Shown here one piece after another: positions 25,480-38,499 of a stretch of DNA of 64,000 bases. Source of the stretch: Sphyrna mokarran (taxonomy: Eukaryota); the NCBI GenBank assembly GCA_024679065.1, contig JAGIQG010000028.1:16306001-16370000 (forward strand), written 5' to 3'. Position 1 is the stretch's first letter, and each line of letters begins with the position of its first letter. Both the position numbers and the translations under genes were made by a program. The notes under the pieces are model-generated. The model ran no database searches, had not been told where the DNA came from, and was given only the letters and a program-made list of their open reading frames with translations.

Positions 25480-27468
25480 GTGGACTAAAAAAGTTAATTC
25501 GCTGGTTAAAAGAAAAAAAAGGAGGCTTATGTCAGGATGAGGCTTGAAGGCTCAGTTAGTGCACTGGATAGCTATAGATTAGCCAGGAGGGAGCTAAAGA
25601 GTGAGTTGAGGAGAGCTAAAAGGGGATGCGAGAAGACTTTGGCTGATAGGATTCAAGGAGAATCCTAAAGCTTTCTTTAGATATGTTAAGAATAGAAGAT
25701 TGGTTAGGGCAAGATTAGGGCCAGTCAGAGACAGCGGTGGGAAGTTGTGCGTGGAGCCTGAAGAGATTGGAGAGGCACTGAACAAATATTTCTCTTCGGT
25801 ATTCACGCAGGGAGATGTAAATGTAGTTGTGGAGAATACTGGGATACAGGGTTGTAAACTGGAAAGTATTGAAGTAGATAAGGAGGATGTGCTAGGTATT
25901 CTTGAGGGTTTGAAAATAGATAAGTCCCCTGGGCCGGACGGGATTTACCCTAGGATTCTCTGGGAGGCGAGAGAGGTGATTGCAGAGCCTTTGGCTCTGA
26001 TCTTCAGGTCGTCGTTGGTTACGGGTATAGTGCCGGAAGACTGGAGGATAGCGAATGTTGTCCCATTGTTCAAGAAGGGGAATAGAGACTTTCCTGGGAA
26101 TTATAGACCGGTGAGTCTTACTTCTGTTGTGGGCAAAGTATTGGAAAGAATTATTAGGGATAGGATTTATAGTTATTTAGAGAGAAACGAATTGATTGGG
26201 GATAGCCAGCATGGTTTTGTGAAGGGTAAGTCGTGCCTTACTAACCTTATTGAGTTTTTTGAAAAAGTGACCAAAGAGGTGGATGGGGGTAAGGCAGTTG
26301 ATGTGGTATATATGGACTTTAGTAAGGCGTTCGATAAGGTGCCCCATGGAAGGCTTCTGCAGAAAATGCAGACGTATGGGATTGAGGGTGATTTAGCTAA
26401 TTGGATTAGGAATTGGCTAGCTGATAGAAGACAGAGGGTGGTGGTTGATGGAAATTATTCATCATGGAGTTCGGTTACAAGTGGTGTACCTCAGGGATCT
26501 GTTTTGGGGCCCCTGCTGTTTGTAATTTTTATAAATGATCTGGATGAGGGTATTGAAGGATGGATTAGTAAATTTGCGGATGACACCAAAGTCGGAGGAG
26601 TGGTAGATAGTGAAGAGGGGTGTTATAGTTTGCAGAGAGACTTGGACAAGTTGCAGAGCTGGGCCGAGAGGTAGCAAATGGAGTTTAATGTGGAAAAGTG
26701 TGAGGTAATTCACTTTGGCAGGAATAACAAATGTGTAGAGTATAGGGCTAATGGTAGGACTCTTAATAGTGTTGATGAACAGAGGGATCTTGGTGTATAC
26801 GTGCATAGATCCCTGAAAGTTGGCAATCAAGTCGATAAGGTTGTTAAGAAGGCATACGGAGTCTTAGCTTTTATTGGTAGGGGGATTGAATTTCGGAGCC
26901 GCAACGTCATGTTGCAACTGTACAAAACTCTAGTGCGGCCGCACTTGGAGTATTGTGTGCAGTTCTGGTCCCCACATTATAAGAAAGATGTGGAGGCATT
27001 GGAGAGGGTACAGAGGAGGTTTACCAGGATGTTGCCTGGTATGGAGGGCAGGTCTTATGAAGAGAGGCTGAGGGATTTGAGGTTGTTTTCGTTAGAAAGA
27101 AGGCGGCTAAGAGGAGACCTTATTGAAACATATAAGATGATTAGATGTTTAGATAGGGTGGACAGTGATAGCCTTTTTCCTAGGATGGAGAAAGCTAGCA
27201 CGAGGGGACATAGCTTTAAATTAAGGGGTGGTAGTTATAGGACGGATGTCAGAGGTAGGTTCTTTACCCAGAGGGTGGTAAGGGTATGGAATGCCCTGCC
27301 TGCTGCAGTTGTAGATGCGCCAAGTTTGGTGGCGTTTAAGAGGTTAGTAGATAAGTTTATGGATGAAAAGGGAATGGTTTAGGTTAGAGGGTCATTGCTT
27401 TTTCCTAATTGGTCGGCTCAACATCTAAGGCCGAAGGGTCTGTTCTGCGCTGTAATGTTCTATGTTCT
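25480..27468 (+). mobile_element. Young 5'-truncated CR1 (HER1-like) LINE with nearly intact reverse transcriptase
   Basis: ORFs 25700-26674 and 26678-27382 are one frame split by a single TAG (26672-26674). Motifs [68 protein letters not shown]. Tail tgtaatgttctatgttct. No endonuclease or ORF1. Confidence 0.95.
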
Positions 27469-28199
27469 GTCATTTAATTCGTCCATTTCCCATCCAATTG
27501 TATTTGTTCTTTTGATGATGCTACCAAATCTATACTCACTCAATCATGCAACTTTGGCACACACAGCATTTATTCCTCTCAAAGTGGTGGTACCTCTACA
27601 TTCTTCAATGGAGGAATGAAAATGTTATATTACTAGATTGACAAATATATAATTTCTTCATGTTGCTTGCAAGTCTAAATATCAATTATAACATCTGACC
27701 TTGGTTAGCTCTGTTCTTTAACCCACAGCTTAACTACATTTTCTGTTCTCAACAGAATTCTCACATTTCATACACTGCTTCTAGATGTTAATGTTGTAGA
27801 GTGGTGGTTACAGTTTGGTTGAAGAGATTTTCATGCGTAATCATACATAGGTCAACTGTAATTCTTTAATGATTCTTAGAACTATTTATAACTATACGAT
27901 CAAGGGTACAGGCTACGAACTGACTCAATGTACACATGGCTCTGTCCAATACTCAGCTGACCCTGTGTGCAGATCGTGTGCACTCTTACATTACCGTATG
28001 AGTGATGCTGTTCTCGATATGGTCCAAACTCTTTTACTGCGTTCCCTCTCCCCCCTCTTCTAATCCTTATCCATATATATTTGAAATTATATAGCTTACT
28101 GTCTGTTTTACATTATTACTAATTTATACATTTACATTGACATTAATATATTATTGTCATCTTCATCTTCCCCTTTGAATTCAAAGTTTAGGCCATTTT

Positions 28200-29950
28200 A
28201 GGCTTTCCATAATTTATTTGCAATACTCTAGCACAAATAACCTCCAAACTTCTGCAAGTTTGGAGGTTATTCTAGTATCTGGCTATGTTTTCATCCATTC
28301 ATGTTGATCAGCACTCGGTTGATTTTGTTGCATTAGTCAGTGGTTGCTAATCTAATTTATTTCTTGCTAGCAGATAAACATTGCTTTCCTCCTTGTTGTT
28401 TCTTTCAACTTCTGCAGTAATTGTGGGTAATCAAAATGTCCACTGGCGGAAGATGAGCACTAGGCAGCTGCTATCACGATCCAGCATCTTTTGTAGATTT
28501 GGAACGCTGACAAGGAATTGCAGTACACGTTTGACATTGACCTACTGTACTCTCACTAGAGCCAGAGGTCATCAGATTGATCAGGATACTCTTTTTGTTG
28601 GAGTACTCAGGGGGTTAGAATTCTATATGATTAACAATGTTAATCTTGACATCTTCTGTCATTGAGAGGGTCCAGCACCACACACACACACCAGTCTTCA
28701 ACAAGGAGAAAGGCTGGCTGTGGACAACATACATCCACTTGAAGATTTGTTTGCTACCATATCTTAGTAGTTCCAGGATGACGATTATAACTGGAAGCTA
28801 GACTTCTCCAGGCCCATATTGTGTTATGTCCATTGTTCAAAGCCAGAGGTCTTTTGGCCACAATTCTTTGTCTGATAGAACAGATGCGCTGGCTCCTTGG
28901 TTGGATTAAAAATGCATGAAATAGTCATTGATTGAAATGTCCACATTCCAAAGTGAGACACCAAGGTCTCTAAATCACCCAAAAATCATGCCATGTCTCT
29001 TCCAGGCTTGACCATTTGGATAATCTTTGGGCCTTCTGTGCATTTCAAAGATTTTGCCTTGCACAGTTTTCCATAGTGTCTAATCCTGTTGCACTGAAAG
29101 CAGTGGGCTACAATTGATGGACAATGATCTTGTCTGTAGGGATGCTGTGCTCCACTGCGATGGCACGGTAGCTTTACTGGCCAGTTCAGCTACTACCTTC
29201 CATTTTTTGGAGTGTCCTCATGTCTTTGTTCCTCAACTAGCTCAACTGTGGACTGGCCTCTGCATCACAGTACATTTTCTCTCCTTTGAATGATTCTGTG
29301 CTACTCAGAGTTGTGATGAGAATGTCGAATGATCTGGATTGCCTTTTCCAGGGTCAGACCTTCCTGTACGTATTTGAGATCTGAGTACACATCATCCATT
29401 ATTCCTTCCACTACTCTGTCTCTGATGAGTTCAGATTTTAAGTCTCTGCATTCACAACCTTTTGCAATCTTATTCAATCATTTGTAAATGAATTGACAAG
29501 TTCTTCTGGCCTTTTGGACTTGCTTATTAAGTTTAGATCTTTTAAACTGTTGCTCAGAGTAAAGAAACATTAAATTTTAAAAGCAAAATACTGTAGACAT
29601 TGGAAATCTGAAATAAGAACAGAAAAACTGGAAAAAAACTGACCAGCTCCAGCAGCATCTGTGAAGAGAGAAACAGAGTTAATGCTTTTAGTCCTCATAA
29701 CTCTACTGAAGAGCCATATGGATTCAAAATGTTAACTCTGTTTCTCTCTCCATAGATACTGCCAGATCTCCTCAGTTTTCTTCCATTTTCTGTTTTTATT
29801 TTATATTAAATTATTTTAATACTTTTTCATATTTAACAGATGATTTATTGATTTATCTTACAATAATGTAATCTGCAGTCAGGCTGACAAAATAAAATAA
29901 TGTTAATCACTGTGCTTCTGACATTTTGTCTAAACCTCAAGCAATGCTGG
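28200..29950 (-). mobile_element. Decayed Gypsy-type LTR retrotransposon (gag, protease, part of RT)
   Basis: Minus strand gives gag motif GCECRDLKSELIRDRVVEGIMDD (about 29390-29460), intact zinc knuckle CFQCNRIRHYGKLC (29061-29102) and degenerate protease WNVDISIN...GASASVLS (about 28875-28950). Confidence 0.8.
29580..29800. repeat. About 220-bp hairpin element (Penelope-like terminal inverted structure or MITE) nested in Gypsy gag
   Basis: aacagaaaaactggaaa...gcagcatctgtgaagagagaaacagagttaa is the imperfect reverse complement of ttaactctgtttctctctccatagatactgc...ttccattttctgtt. Relatives near 33410-33535, 46240-46500 and 48450-48590. Confidence 0.7.
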
Positions 29951-29954
29951 ATCT

Positions 29955-30128
29955 TTTTTTAATTTACTCATTCGTGGAGCATGGGCATTGCTGGCTGGCC
30001 AGCATTTATTGCCCATCCCTAGTTGTGCTCGAAAAAGTGGTGACGAGCTGCCATCTTGAATCACTGCAGCGCATATTCTGTGGGTTGACCCATAATGCCT
30101 TTAGGGGAGAATTGCAGGATTTTGAGCT
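29955..30128 (-). mobile_element. 3' tail of the second LINE family
   Basis: Reverse of ctagggatgggcaataaatgctggccagccagcaatgccca, also seen near 13730-13800 and 57655-57715. Confidence 0.7.
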
Positions 30129-31019
30129 AGCAAAAACATTCTTAGGAATCTTTTACTGCAAAGCCTTCAATTATGTGACTGATTTAGGCCTTTGATTAAT
30201 CTGAATTGATTTGCAAGTATGGACTTCTGATCCATAGTTAGTGTAGGTTCAGTTTCTCAATTTTAAGATGGCATCACCATTTACTTGGAGGCAAAGGGAC
30301 TTCCTGTGCTTGCCAGTTTTGATGGCTCCACTTAACTTGGGAAAAAATGACAGCCTGTAGAGTTCACATACTTAGTAATTATATTTCAAGTCACTAATTC
30401 ATCAAATTTTGGCTTTTGCTTGCCTTTAGCTAAATTTCTTCTTTTTAAAAAAAAATCAAGATTCTCGTGTAGTTTCTGAGTCACCTGGATTCCCTTCCCA
30501 CTTTATTTTTACAACTCCTGTATTACTGTATTTCCTGTTTTGATTCTTCCCAAGTTCAAAATGCACCATCCTTCGATTTTCTCTCCATCTTTGCATACTT
30601 TCCATGTCAAAAGCAAAATTCATTTTAAAATAAGCTGTTCACTTTTTGCCAGTACCTCCAAATTGTGCAACTCCATATCTGAGTCTTCTTAGCCTTTTGC
30701 AAATTTACCTGATTTTAAAACAAGAACCTAGCATCACCTATCCTTTACTTCTCAATACATCTCAATTTCACTTTTTGATCTTCAAATGATTTCACAATAG
30801 ACATTTCCTTAAAAAATTCAGATAAAGCCACACAGCAAAATTTCAAGTTTGAGAAATAGATGTCAGTAAAGTCACTTTTGCTTCTGATTCTACACTTTAA
30901 ATAATTATTTTGAGTTGTAACAAATTCCTATTTGTGCTAATTGCTGAAAACAAAAATTTATTTGAAGCAGTTATAACTGATGAGATCCAAATGTGTTCTG
31001 TTCGGAAGAGTAAGATTAT

Positions 31020-31560
31020 AAGAATACAAGAAATAAGAGTAGGAGCTGGCCTTTTGGTCCCTCGGATTTGTTCCATCATTCAACAAAATCTCAGCTCAAC
31101 AGATCTTGGCTTTAATTTTACTTTCCTGCCTGCCCACTCACACCACTCCCATTGCCCTAATAACCTTTGACTCCCTTGTAGATCAAAATCAGTCAAACTA
31201 CATATTTGATGACCTAGCCTGCACTGCTTTCTGGGGTTGAATGCTAATGATTAACAACCCTCAGAGTATAACCTTCTTCTCTTAGAATTAGTAGAAATCC
31301 AGGAGACTGACAAAGCACTCCATTCTTCCTCATCTCAGTTTTAATATTTTTAATCTGTGACCCCTAGTTCTAGATTCTCCCAGAAGGAAAATCCTCTCAG
31401 CAGCTACCTTGTCAAGATTTCTAAGAATCTTACATGTTTTAATAAGAACACCTCTATTCTTCTAAATGCCAATGAATATTGGCCTAACCTGTTCAACCTT
31501 TTCTTGCAAGATAATCCTTTCATCCCAGTCCAGTGAATATTCTCTGAACTGACTCCAGTG
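31020..31560 (-). mobile_element. Old CR1 3' fragment
   Basis: Starts with reversed CR1 tail aagaaataagagtaggagctggcc and is similar to 18280-18850, 45235-45670 and 63640-64000. Confidence 0.65.
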
Positions 31561-34500
31561 CAAATGGCCTCAAAGATCTTCAGTCATGACAGTTCTGATT
31601 TACACCAGAATCGTTAAAGTATCTAAGAGAAAACTGAGGCTTTTAAAGTCCCTGAAGCTTCAGTTTGGGTTTACGCAATCTAATTTTGATGTACTTGGAG
31701 TCTTCCATGGGCAAATCATGAACATACAAGTCAAACAATTAAATCAAGGCAGAAATGATAAGGTAACTGATTGACAGTGCATAAGATATGAATTGTGGTC
31801 ACAACTAGATCAACAACGATCTTGCAGAATGGTGGAGCCGACTTGGCGAGACAAATGGCTTACTCCTGCTCCTAATTCGTACATACATATGTTTGCAAAA
31901 TTTCATTTATGAATCAACCAGCAGTTGCTAACATAACTAGAAGTTGTTTGTATTTACTTGCAGCAATTTACCAAGACCCCTTTGACAGAATATTCCAAAC
32001 TCCCACAATTTCTAATATCTGAAAAGGACAATGGCAGCAGACGCATAGGACCACCACCATTTGCAAGATCTGCTCTAAGTCACATATGATCCTGACTTGG
32101 AACTGTGTCATCATTTTATCACGACTGTCACGTCAAAAACTTGGAACTTCCTCTGAATAGCACGTGGGTGTTTGTATGCCACGTGGACTGCAGCAATTCA
32201 AGGTGGATTCACACCATCTTCATGAAGGAAATTGAGGTCAGTAATAAAGACCATTCTTGTCAGCAACACTAACACTCCATGATGCAAATAAAAATACATG
32301 ACACCCCAACTAAAATGGTTAGGAGTTGGAACTTGTACCCCAAGTGGGAATGTGCAGAATGTCCTAAGAGCCATGAATTATGGACTAGAATTTTGAGAGA
32401 GATAAAGATCATCCATCCTTCTGCATTATGAACACTTCAGTTTCTTTGGACTCTAAGTCACTTCATTGATTTCCTTTTGTCTGAACTACAACGCCACACA
32501 CCAGTTCAGTGGAATTGGGTATATCTGTTGGCTCTAGAGAATAACCCAAAGAGATTTATGTTCTGTACCTTTAAGATACGCCAAATTTTAATGACACTGG
32601 CCTGTTTCAGACATTTTTTTCTCCTCCACATGAAAATTTCTAACTGGCAATTCTTCAAATGACTTTATAGATTTTATTCTGATTAATCAATTTGAACGAA
32701 GGATCCAAGGGGTTTCTGCTACACAACAGCTTGTGATGATTAACAGGGATAACTTGAATGGTAACTAAAAACTTCCATTTGGTTATTATCAGAATACCTT
32801 TAGAATAAATTATAGCTAGAGAACCAAAGATTGGGAAGGCTATAGCTGTTGCCTTTAGCTCCTATTACAAACTATGTTCCCTAGCCACCTATATCAACCT
32901 TCTCCTCGCTGCCACTTTAGGCTGAAACAGACCACTTTCAAGTTAACATTTTGCCCCCCAATCCATCATCAAAAGTCCTATTTTTATTTCACCCATCACT
33001 GTCTTTGCCTCAGCGTACCTGCTCTTGAAACCTTTATCCATGTATTTGTTACCCTTAGCAGCTATTTTAATACCCTCCAGCCAATCTCCAGCTTTCTACC
33101 TTCCATAAACTTCAGTTCACCCAAATACTGTTTGCTATATCGTAACTGACACCAAATGTTATTAATCAATTACAACAATGCTGAAGAAACTTCATTATTT
33201 TCTGTTTCTTAATGAATTAATTTTAAAACTCTCACCTTCCTGATTCAATTCATCTAAGGCCTTGTCCTTTTCTATCATTTTGACCTGCTTTGGTCCCAAA
33301 ACCATCCATTAACTCTATACTTCCCCCCATCTCTACGGCTCATCCTCTTCAGTTCTTTTCACCATGCTACTTGGTAGCATGGTTTTCAGGTATTGAGTCC
33401 CATTCCGATGGGAGGTTACCAGTGAAACGTTAATTCTGTTTCTCTCTCTACAGATTCTGTATCAAAATCTGACTGAGCACTTCCAGTATTTTCTGTTTTT
33501 ATTTCAGATTTTCATAATTCCTAGTATTTAGCTGTGTATTAGAGGATTCAGCACCTTTATTTTTAACAGTATTTTACTGAGATTCAGGTTTACCCTACAG
33601 CAAAGGTAAATATTTGTCACCAGATTACAATTCTTTTCAATAGTCAGCTGCAGTTTCAAGTCACAACCTCTGAATACACAAATTAAACCATGGGACTAAC
33701 AATGCAATCATTTATCCCAATCTATCTTAAAACACACCATATGCTACATTTTTTAAAACATATATAACAGCTTTGCTAACACCTTGGCTACAAACTATAA
33801 AATCAGTGAAAGGATACGTAAACTTGGGGTGTTGTATAATCAAATTATAACACTTACAACAACCTATTAAGGGAACTGCTACTTTAATTTGATACCCTTT
33901 TTTAAAGTAACAAGATAAACAAATGACCAATCAGTATATTACTGAAGCCAGGTTTAATCAACTATGCTTTCTCAATCATAAATGCATAGACAAATGTATA
34001 CTTTAATAAAAATTAGATAATCCTTATGAAAATTAAAGTTTTAATATTTATTAAGTGCTGTGTATGCTTGTGATAATCAATATCAAATTCAGAAGCTCCA
34101 TTCAATATATATGTACACTCCAACCTCCCCTTTTTTTCCAGGCTTGATTCAATTATCCAACATAACTAATAATTTTCCAAGTGCAAGATTCCTAATTTGT
34201 AATGAAATCAGTACATATCAACTAACTCCAACAGGAACATCCTAAAACTCTGTCCAATGCAACAAATCAGTAAGGTTTACATATTCAATTCTTAAGTCAT
34301 CAAGGACCTGACAGACTTTTGCTAATGCAGTCATCCTTAATACCGGGAATATCTATATGCTGGTGAGGAAAATCAGAAAAGTAGTGCTTTGGAACTAAAA
34401 GCAGGCCAGCCCTAAATGGAACTGCCAACACATTATCTCAATCTAAGGAACTTGGCACTGCATTTCCAGAACATTCCCAAATAAAAGCCTCAAGGGAACT

Positions 34501-35040
34501 CTGATAACTTTTGAAGATCATATTCTGTACAGGCAACACTCTGGATTATTATTAAAACCCTGATTCAAAAGTATTTTCATGATGGAGTACCAGGTAGGTC
34601 ACCAAAACAACAAAAAGAAATTCACTCAGGGTAGGAAAAGCACTTAGTCAGCATCCAGAGCCATTTTTGTACACTTCTTGATGAACAGTGAAAGATTATT
34701 AGCAGAACATACAAACAGATTACCTGCATTTGTAGTTATGGATGAATGTGCATGCATATTCAGGTCTTAGTTAGCTGAGCTCCCAGTTTTAAAGAATTGC
34801 ACTGGTTTCAAACTGTTTCCACCTGTGAAGCTTCCCTGCTCACATCCAAACTTATAATCTTTTTCTGCTCTTTTGAGAAATCAAACCACTTGTTTAGATA
34901 CTATCTCTTTCACTTGCCATTCTTACAAAAGCAACTGCCCAATTTGAAGCAAAGCTTCCAGCTGAGAAAAACAATTCCTGAAATATTACAAGGCCACTTA
35001 TAATTGGGCAGAGTCAGATAAAACTAACACTTCACAGTAC

Positions 35041-35159
35041 CTCATTTGTGTTCCAGCGGTGTCTTTCCTTTGGTAAAGCAGAGCATTTCGGTAGACATTC
35101 GAGTAACTTCTTGGGCAAAAATATTTTCACATGACTGCCATTGCTGTTCCCATGATCAT
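35041..35159 (-). CDS. CAMTA1: Internal coding exon of calmodulin-binding transcription activator 1 (equivalent to human exon 3; start of CG-1 domain)
   Basis: Minus strand reads cttcgtttcAG|AT GAT CAT GGG AAC AGC AAT GGC AGT CAT GTG AAA ATA TTT TTG CCC AAG AAG TTA CTC GAA TGT CTA CCG AAA TGC TCT GCT TTA CCA AAG GAA AGA CAC CGC TGG AAC ACA AAT GAG|GTactg. It is 119 nt with canonical AG/GT, phase 1 in and phase 0 out. The peptide differs from recalled human DDHGNSNSSHVKIFLPKKLLECLPKCSSLPKERHRWNTNE at two positions. Not in the ORF track. Confidence 0.95.
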
Positions 35160-35489
35160 CTGAAACGAAGTGAAATGGTATAAATTATTAATTGATCCAG
35201 AAACTTATGGCCAATGAAACACTAAGAAAAACAAGTACAAGTTAAAAATTTTATGGTAAAAAGAGGTCAGGAAGAAATTTTAAACATCTGAGGAAGAAAT
35301 AACATGATTGGTGCAACTCAAATGTGAAATATTTTTCTCAGTTCTTAGAATATTAAATACAATTTATTCTATCACTTAAATAAATGTTTGATTACAAAAA
35401 GGGGATAGTTACATTCTTTTTCTCCCCATCCCAACCACCAAAGTTTCTGACATCCTAAATATCAGCATTGGTTAATGTCAAAATCCAAC

Positions 35490-35832
35490 TCGATATTTGA
35501 TCACAAAACCTGGGCTAACAGCAGTGCAGTACTTAAGGAAAGATGTATTCCAAAGGCGCCGTCTTTCAAACGAGACATTGAATCAAGTGCTTAACTAGTC
35601 TCTTAAGTGGACTGAAGTTCCTTATACTATTTGGAAAAGAATAGTTGAGTTCTTACCACGAGTTGGCCACATCACTGTATTTTGTTCATACACTGTTGAT
35701 GGTCAAGTCTTACTGCGCAAAAGTTGTAGTAAAACACAACAGTCAGTGACTAAATTTTAAAACAGAAGTATTTCACTGGCCAGGGACTGGAATGAATAAA
35801 GTACAGCATGTAAATGCAAATATTTTTCTTTC
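35490..35832 (+). mobile_element. Deu-domain SINE remnant next to the CAMTA1 exon
   Basis: cagtgcagtacttaagga...ggcgccgtctttcaaacgagacattgaatc...ctatttggaaaagaatag...tgtaaatgcaaatattttt. Same family as 15675-16075 and 42960-43220. Confidence 0.65.
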
Positions 35833-36265
35833 TCTTCCACTGAAGGTGCTCGCTTTTGTTGAGGTACAGTTGTGTGCCAGATACCTTCCATCACTTCACT
35901 GAAGTAGTCCTTCCACTACTACTACAAATCTAGACAGCCTGAACTAAAACCCGTCTCAGCAAGCTATTCAACAATGCAAGCATCACAGCTAAACTTGATC
36001 CTGTCCCCTTTGATAGCCCAAAAATTATCAGAAAAGATTGCCAGATGGTGTTCAAAAACACAAGTCCCAGTCAATTTTTGGCTTCCTAATCCCAGGGACA
36101 CAGAGGCCAATTGTAGCATCTCTATTTCTGGCAGCAATTAACTCAAGAGGCCAGAAATCATATCATACAGTATTACAGAACATTGTGCATATAGTTTATC
36201 AATGGTCCCATTCAGACGTAGAACATATTTAAGCAAAGAAAAACTTCAAATTTTGACACCAAGCA

Positions 36266-37354
36266 AGAACATAGAACATAAAACACTACAGCACAAACAG
36301 GCCCTTCAGCCCACAAGTTGCGCTGATCACATCTATACCTACCAAGCCATAGACCTATCCATAACCCCCTATCCCATATTAGTTCCCATATACTCATCCA
36401 GAAGTCTTTTAAAAGACCCCAGCAACAGCAGCCGATTCCATTCACTCACCACCCTCTGAGTGAAAAACCTATCCCTAACATCTCCTCTGTATTTGCTTCC
36501 CTGCACCTTAAATCTGTGTCCTCTCGTAGCAACCATTTCAGCCCAGGGAAATAGCCTCTGAGAATCCACCCTATCTATTCCTCTCAACATTTTATAAGCC
36601 TCTATCAGGTCGCCTCTCAACCTTCGTCTCTCCAGGGAGAACAGTCCCAGCTCCCTCAACCTATCTTCATAAGGCATGCCTCCCAATCCAGGTAACATCC
36701 TTGTAAATCTCCTCTGCACTCTCTCAATAGCTTCCACATCCTTCCTATAGTGAGGTGACCAGAACTGCGCACAGTATTCCAAGTGGGGTCTGACAAGGGT
36801 CTTATAAAGCTGCATCATTACCTCCCGACTCTTCAACTCAATCCCTCGATTAACGAAGGCCAGTATACCATACGCCTTCTTGACCACATCCTCCACCTGC
36901 GAGGCCGATTTAAGAGTCCTGTGGACCTGGACCCCAAGATCCTTCTGCTCTTCAACACAGCTAAGACTCCTACCCTTGATACTGTACTCCTTCATCCCAT
37001 TATTCCTGCCAAAATGGACCACTACACATTTATCCGCGTTGAAGTCCATCTGCCACTTCTCCGCCCAGTCTTGCATCTGTCTATGTCCCACTGCAACTTT
37101 TGACATCCCTCCAGATTATCCACAACACCACCGACCTTTGTATCGTCAATGAACTTACAAACCCATCCCTCCACTTCCTCATCCAGGTCATTTCTGAAAA
37201 TGGCAAACAGCAAGGGTTCCAGAACAGATCCCTGGGGCACTCCACTGGTGACCGACCTCCATGCAGAAAAAGACCCATCCACAACCACTCTCTGCCTTCT
37301 GCCAGCAAGCCAGTTCTGGATCCACAAGGCCAAAGCCCCTTAAATCCCATGCCC
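36266..37354 (-). mobile_element. Young 5'-truncated CR1 LINE (subfamily distinct from 25480)
   Basis: ORF 37022-37333 ([18 protein letters not shown]) frameshifts into ORF 36369-37106 (WAEKWQMDFN, YKTLVRPHLEY, FFTQRVV). Short deletion after WNRL. Tail tgtagtgttttatgttctatgttct. Confidence 0.93.
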
Positions 37355-38499
37355 TAAGCTGACAAGAAATGCATTCTCGAGGCCAAAATTAAAATTATAC
37401 AACAGCATAAATTTATGAATTTCATTTTCAGACGTAGAAACCTAGAAACAGCTCTCTAACTGTTCTAATTCTGCATTGCAGTGTTCATAAACCTGTTTAT
37501 ATTACTGTGCTATTTCCATCATCTGGGGAATACCCTTTCATTCATGCAAAGCATTTTGGGTAGACTGGCATCATTTTGATTATTTAACTTTGGAATTGTA
37601 ATAAAACTTCTCACAAATAGAAGCTTTTCCACAAATCAAAGTTCTGCATAAACACCAAGCAGTTCAAGTAAAAGAAATGGCTGTTAAATAACTACATAAT
37701 AGCATATACTGTAGATCTTGGATCACCTGGGAAAATAACAGCATAGGCAGAAAGTCTCTCAAGGATGCTCCTGTGTCCTGGGATGGTTGCCAGAATATAT
37801 ATTTTTTAAATTGCCACTTACTCCTTCTATACTTTCAGCTTCAATTAATCTTCAATTTTACAACTCTGGCAGTGTTCTACATGATGGTATCTTGGCCTTT
37901 CAGCTTAGTTTCTCATTTTAAAACGAGTATTGTTACTCGAGTTTTCTAGTAATTGATGACAAAATTATAACTTAATGACTGTAATGACATTACAGGATGT
38001 TTACCTCTTTTACAGAAGTTTTAATCATTATGACATCAAAGGCAGATATTATTAAATATTAGTAAACTAACTCACAAAATGCCACCATTTAAATATTACA
38101 ACATGCAAGAAAATGGAAATGTTTTCTCAAAAGATCTTCTTTCTCTTCCCATGAAGTCTTTGATTCATTACTGGGCTACAAGTCAGACAAAAATACAGTA
38201 ATTAGAGGAGGCAGGCACTCTGGAATTATTTAAGAGATACTTAGATGGGCACATGAACAGAATGGGAATGGAGGTATATAGAAAACTGATTTAAAATAAG
38301 GATCATGAGCTTGGGAATTCCTAGGGAAGTGTGTAAATTGTCGATAATATTGATTTATATTTTTTATCCTACAGGCACTTTGGTCCGCCTTGTTGTCTAA
38401 CAAAGGGCATACATGCAATGGGTCGTGAGGGGATGCTCTTTTTTCAAGAGCATCCTCGTACTTCATGTCATTAGTGTACGCTTGACCTGGACCATTTGA

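Noticed and set aside
26462-26830. Antisense ORFs over CR1 RT (also 36783-37357)
   Set aside because: Shadow frames of the CR1 coding sequence.
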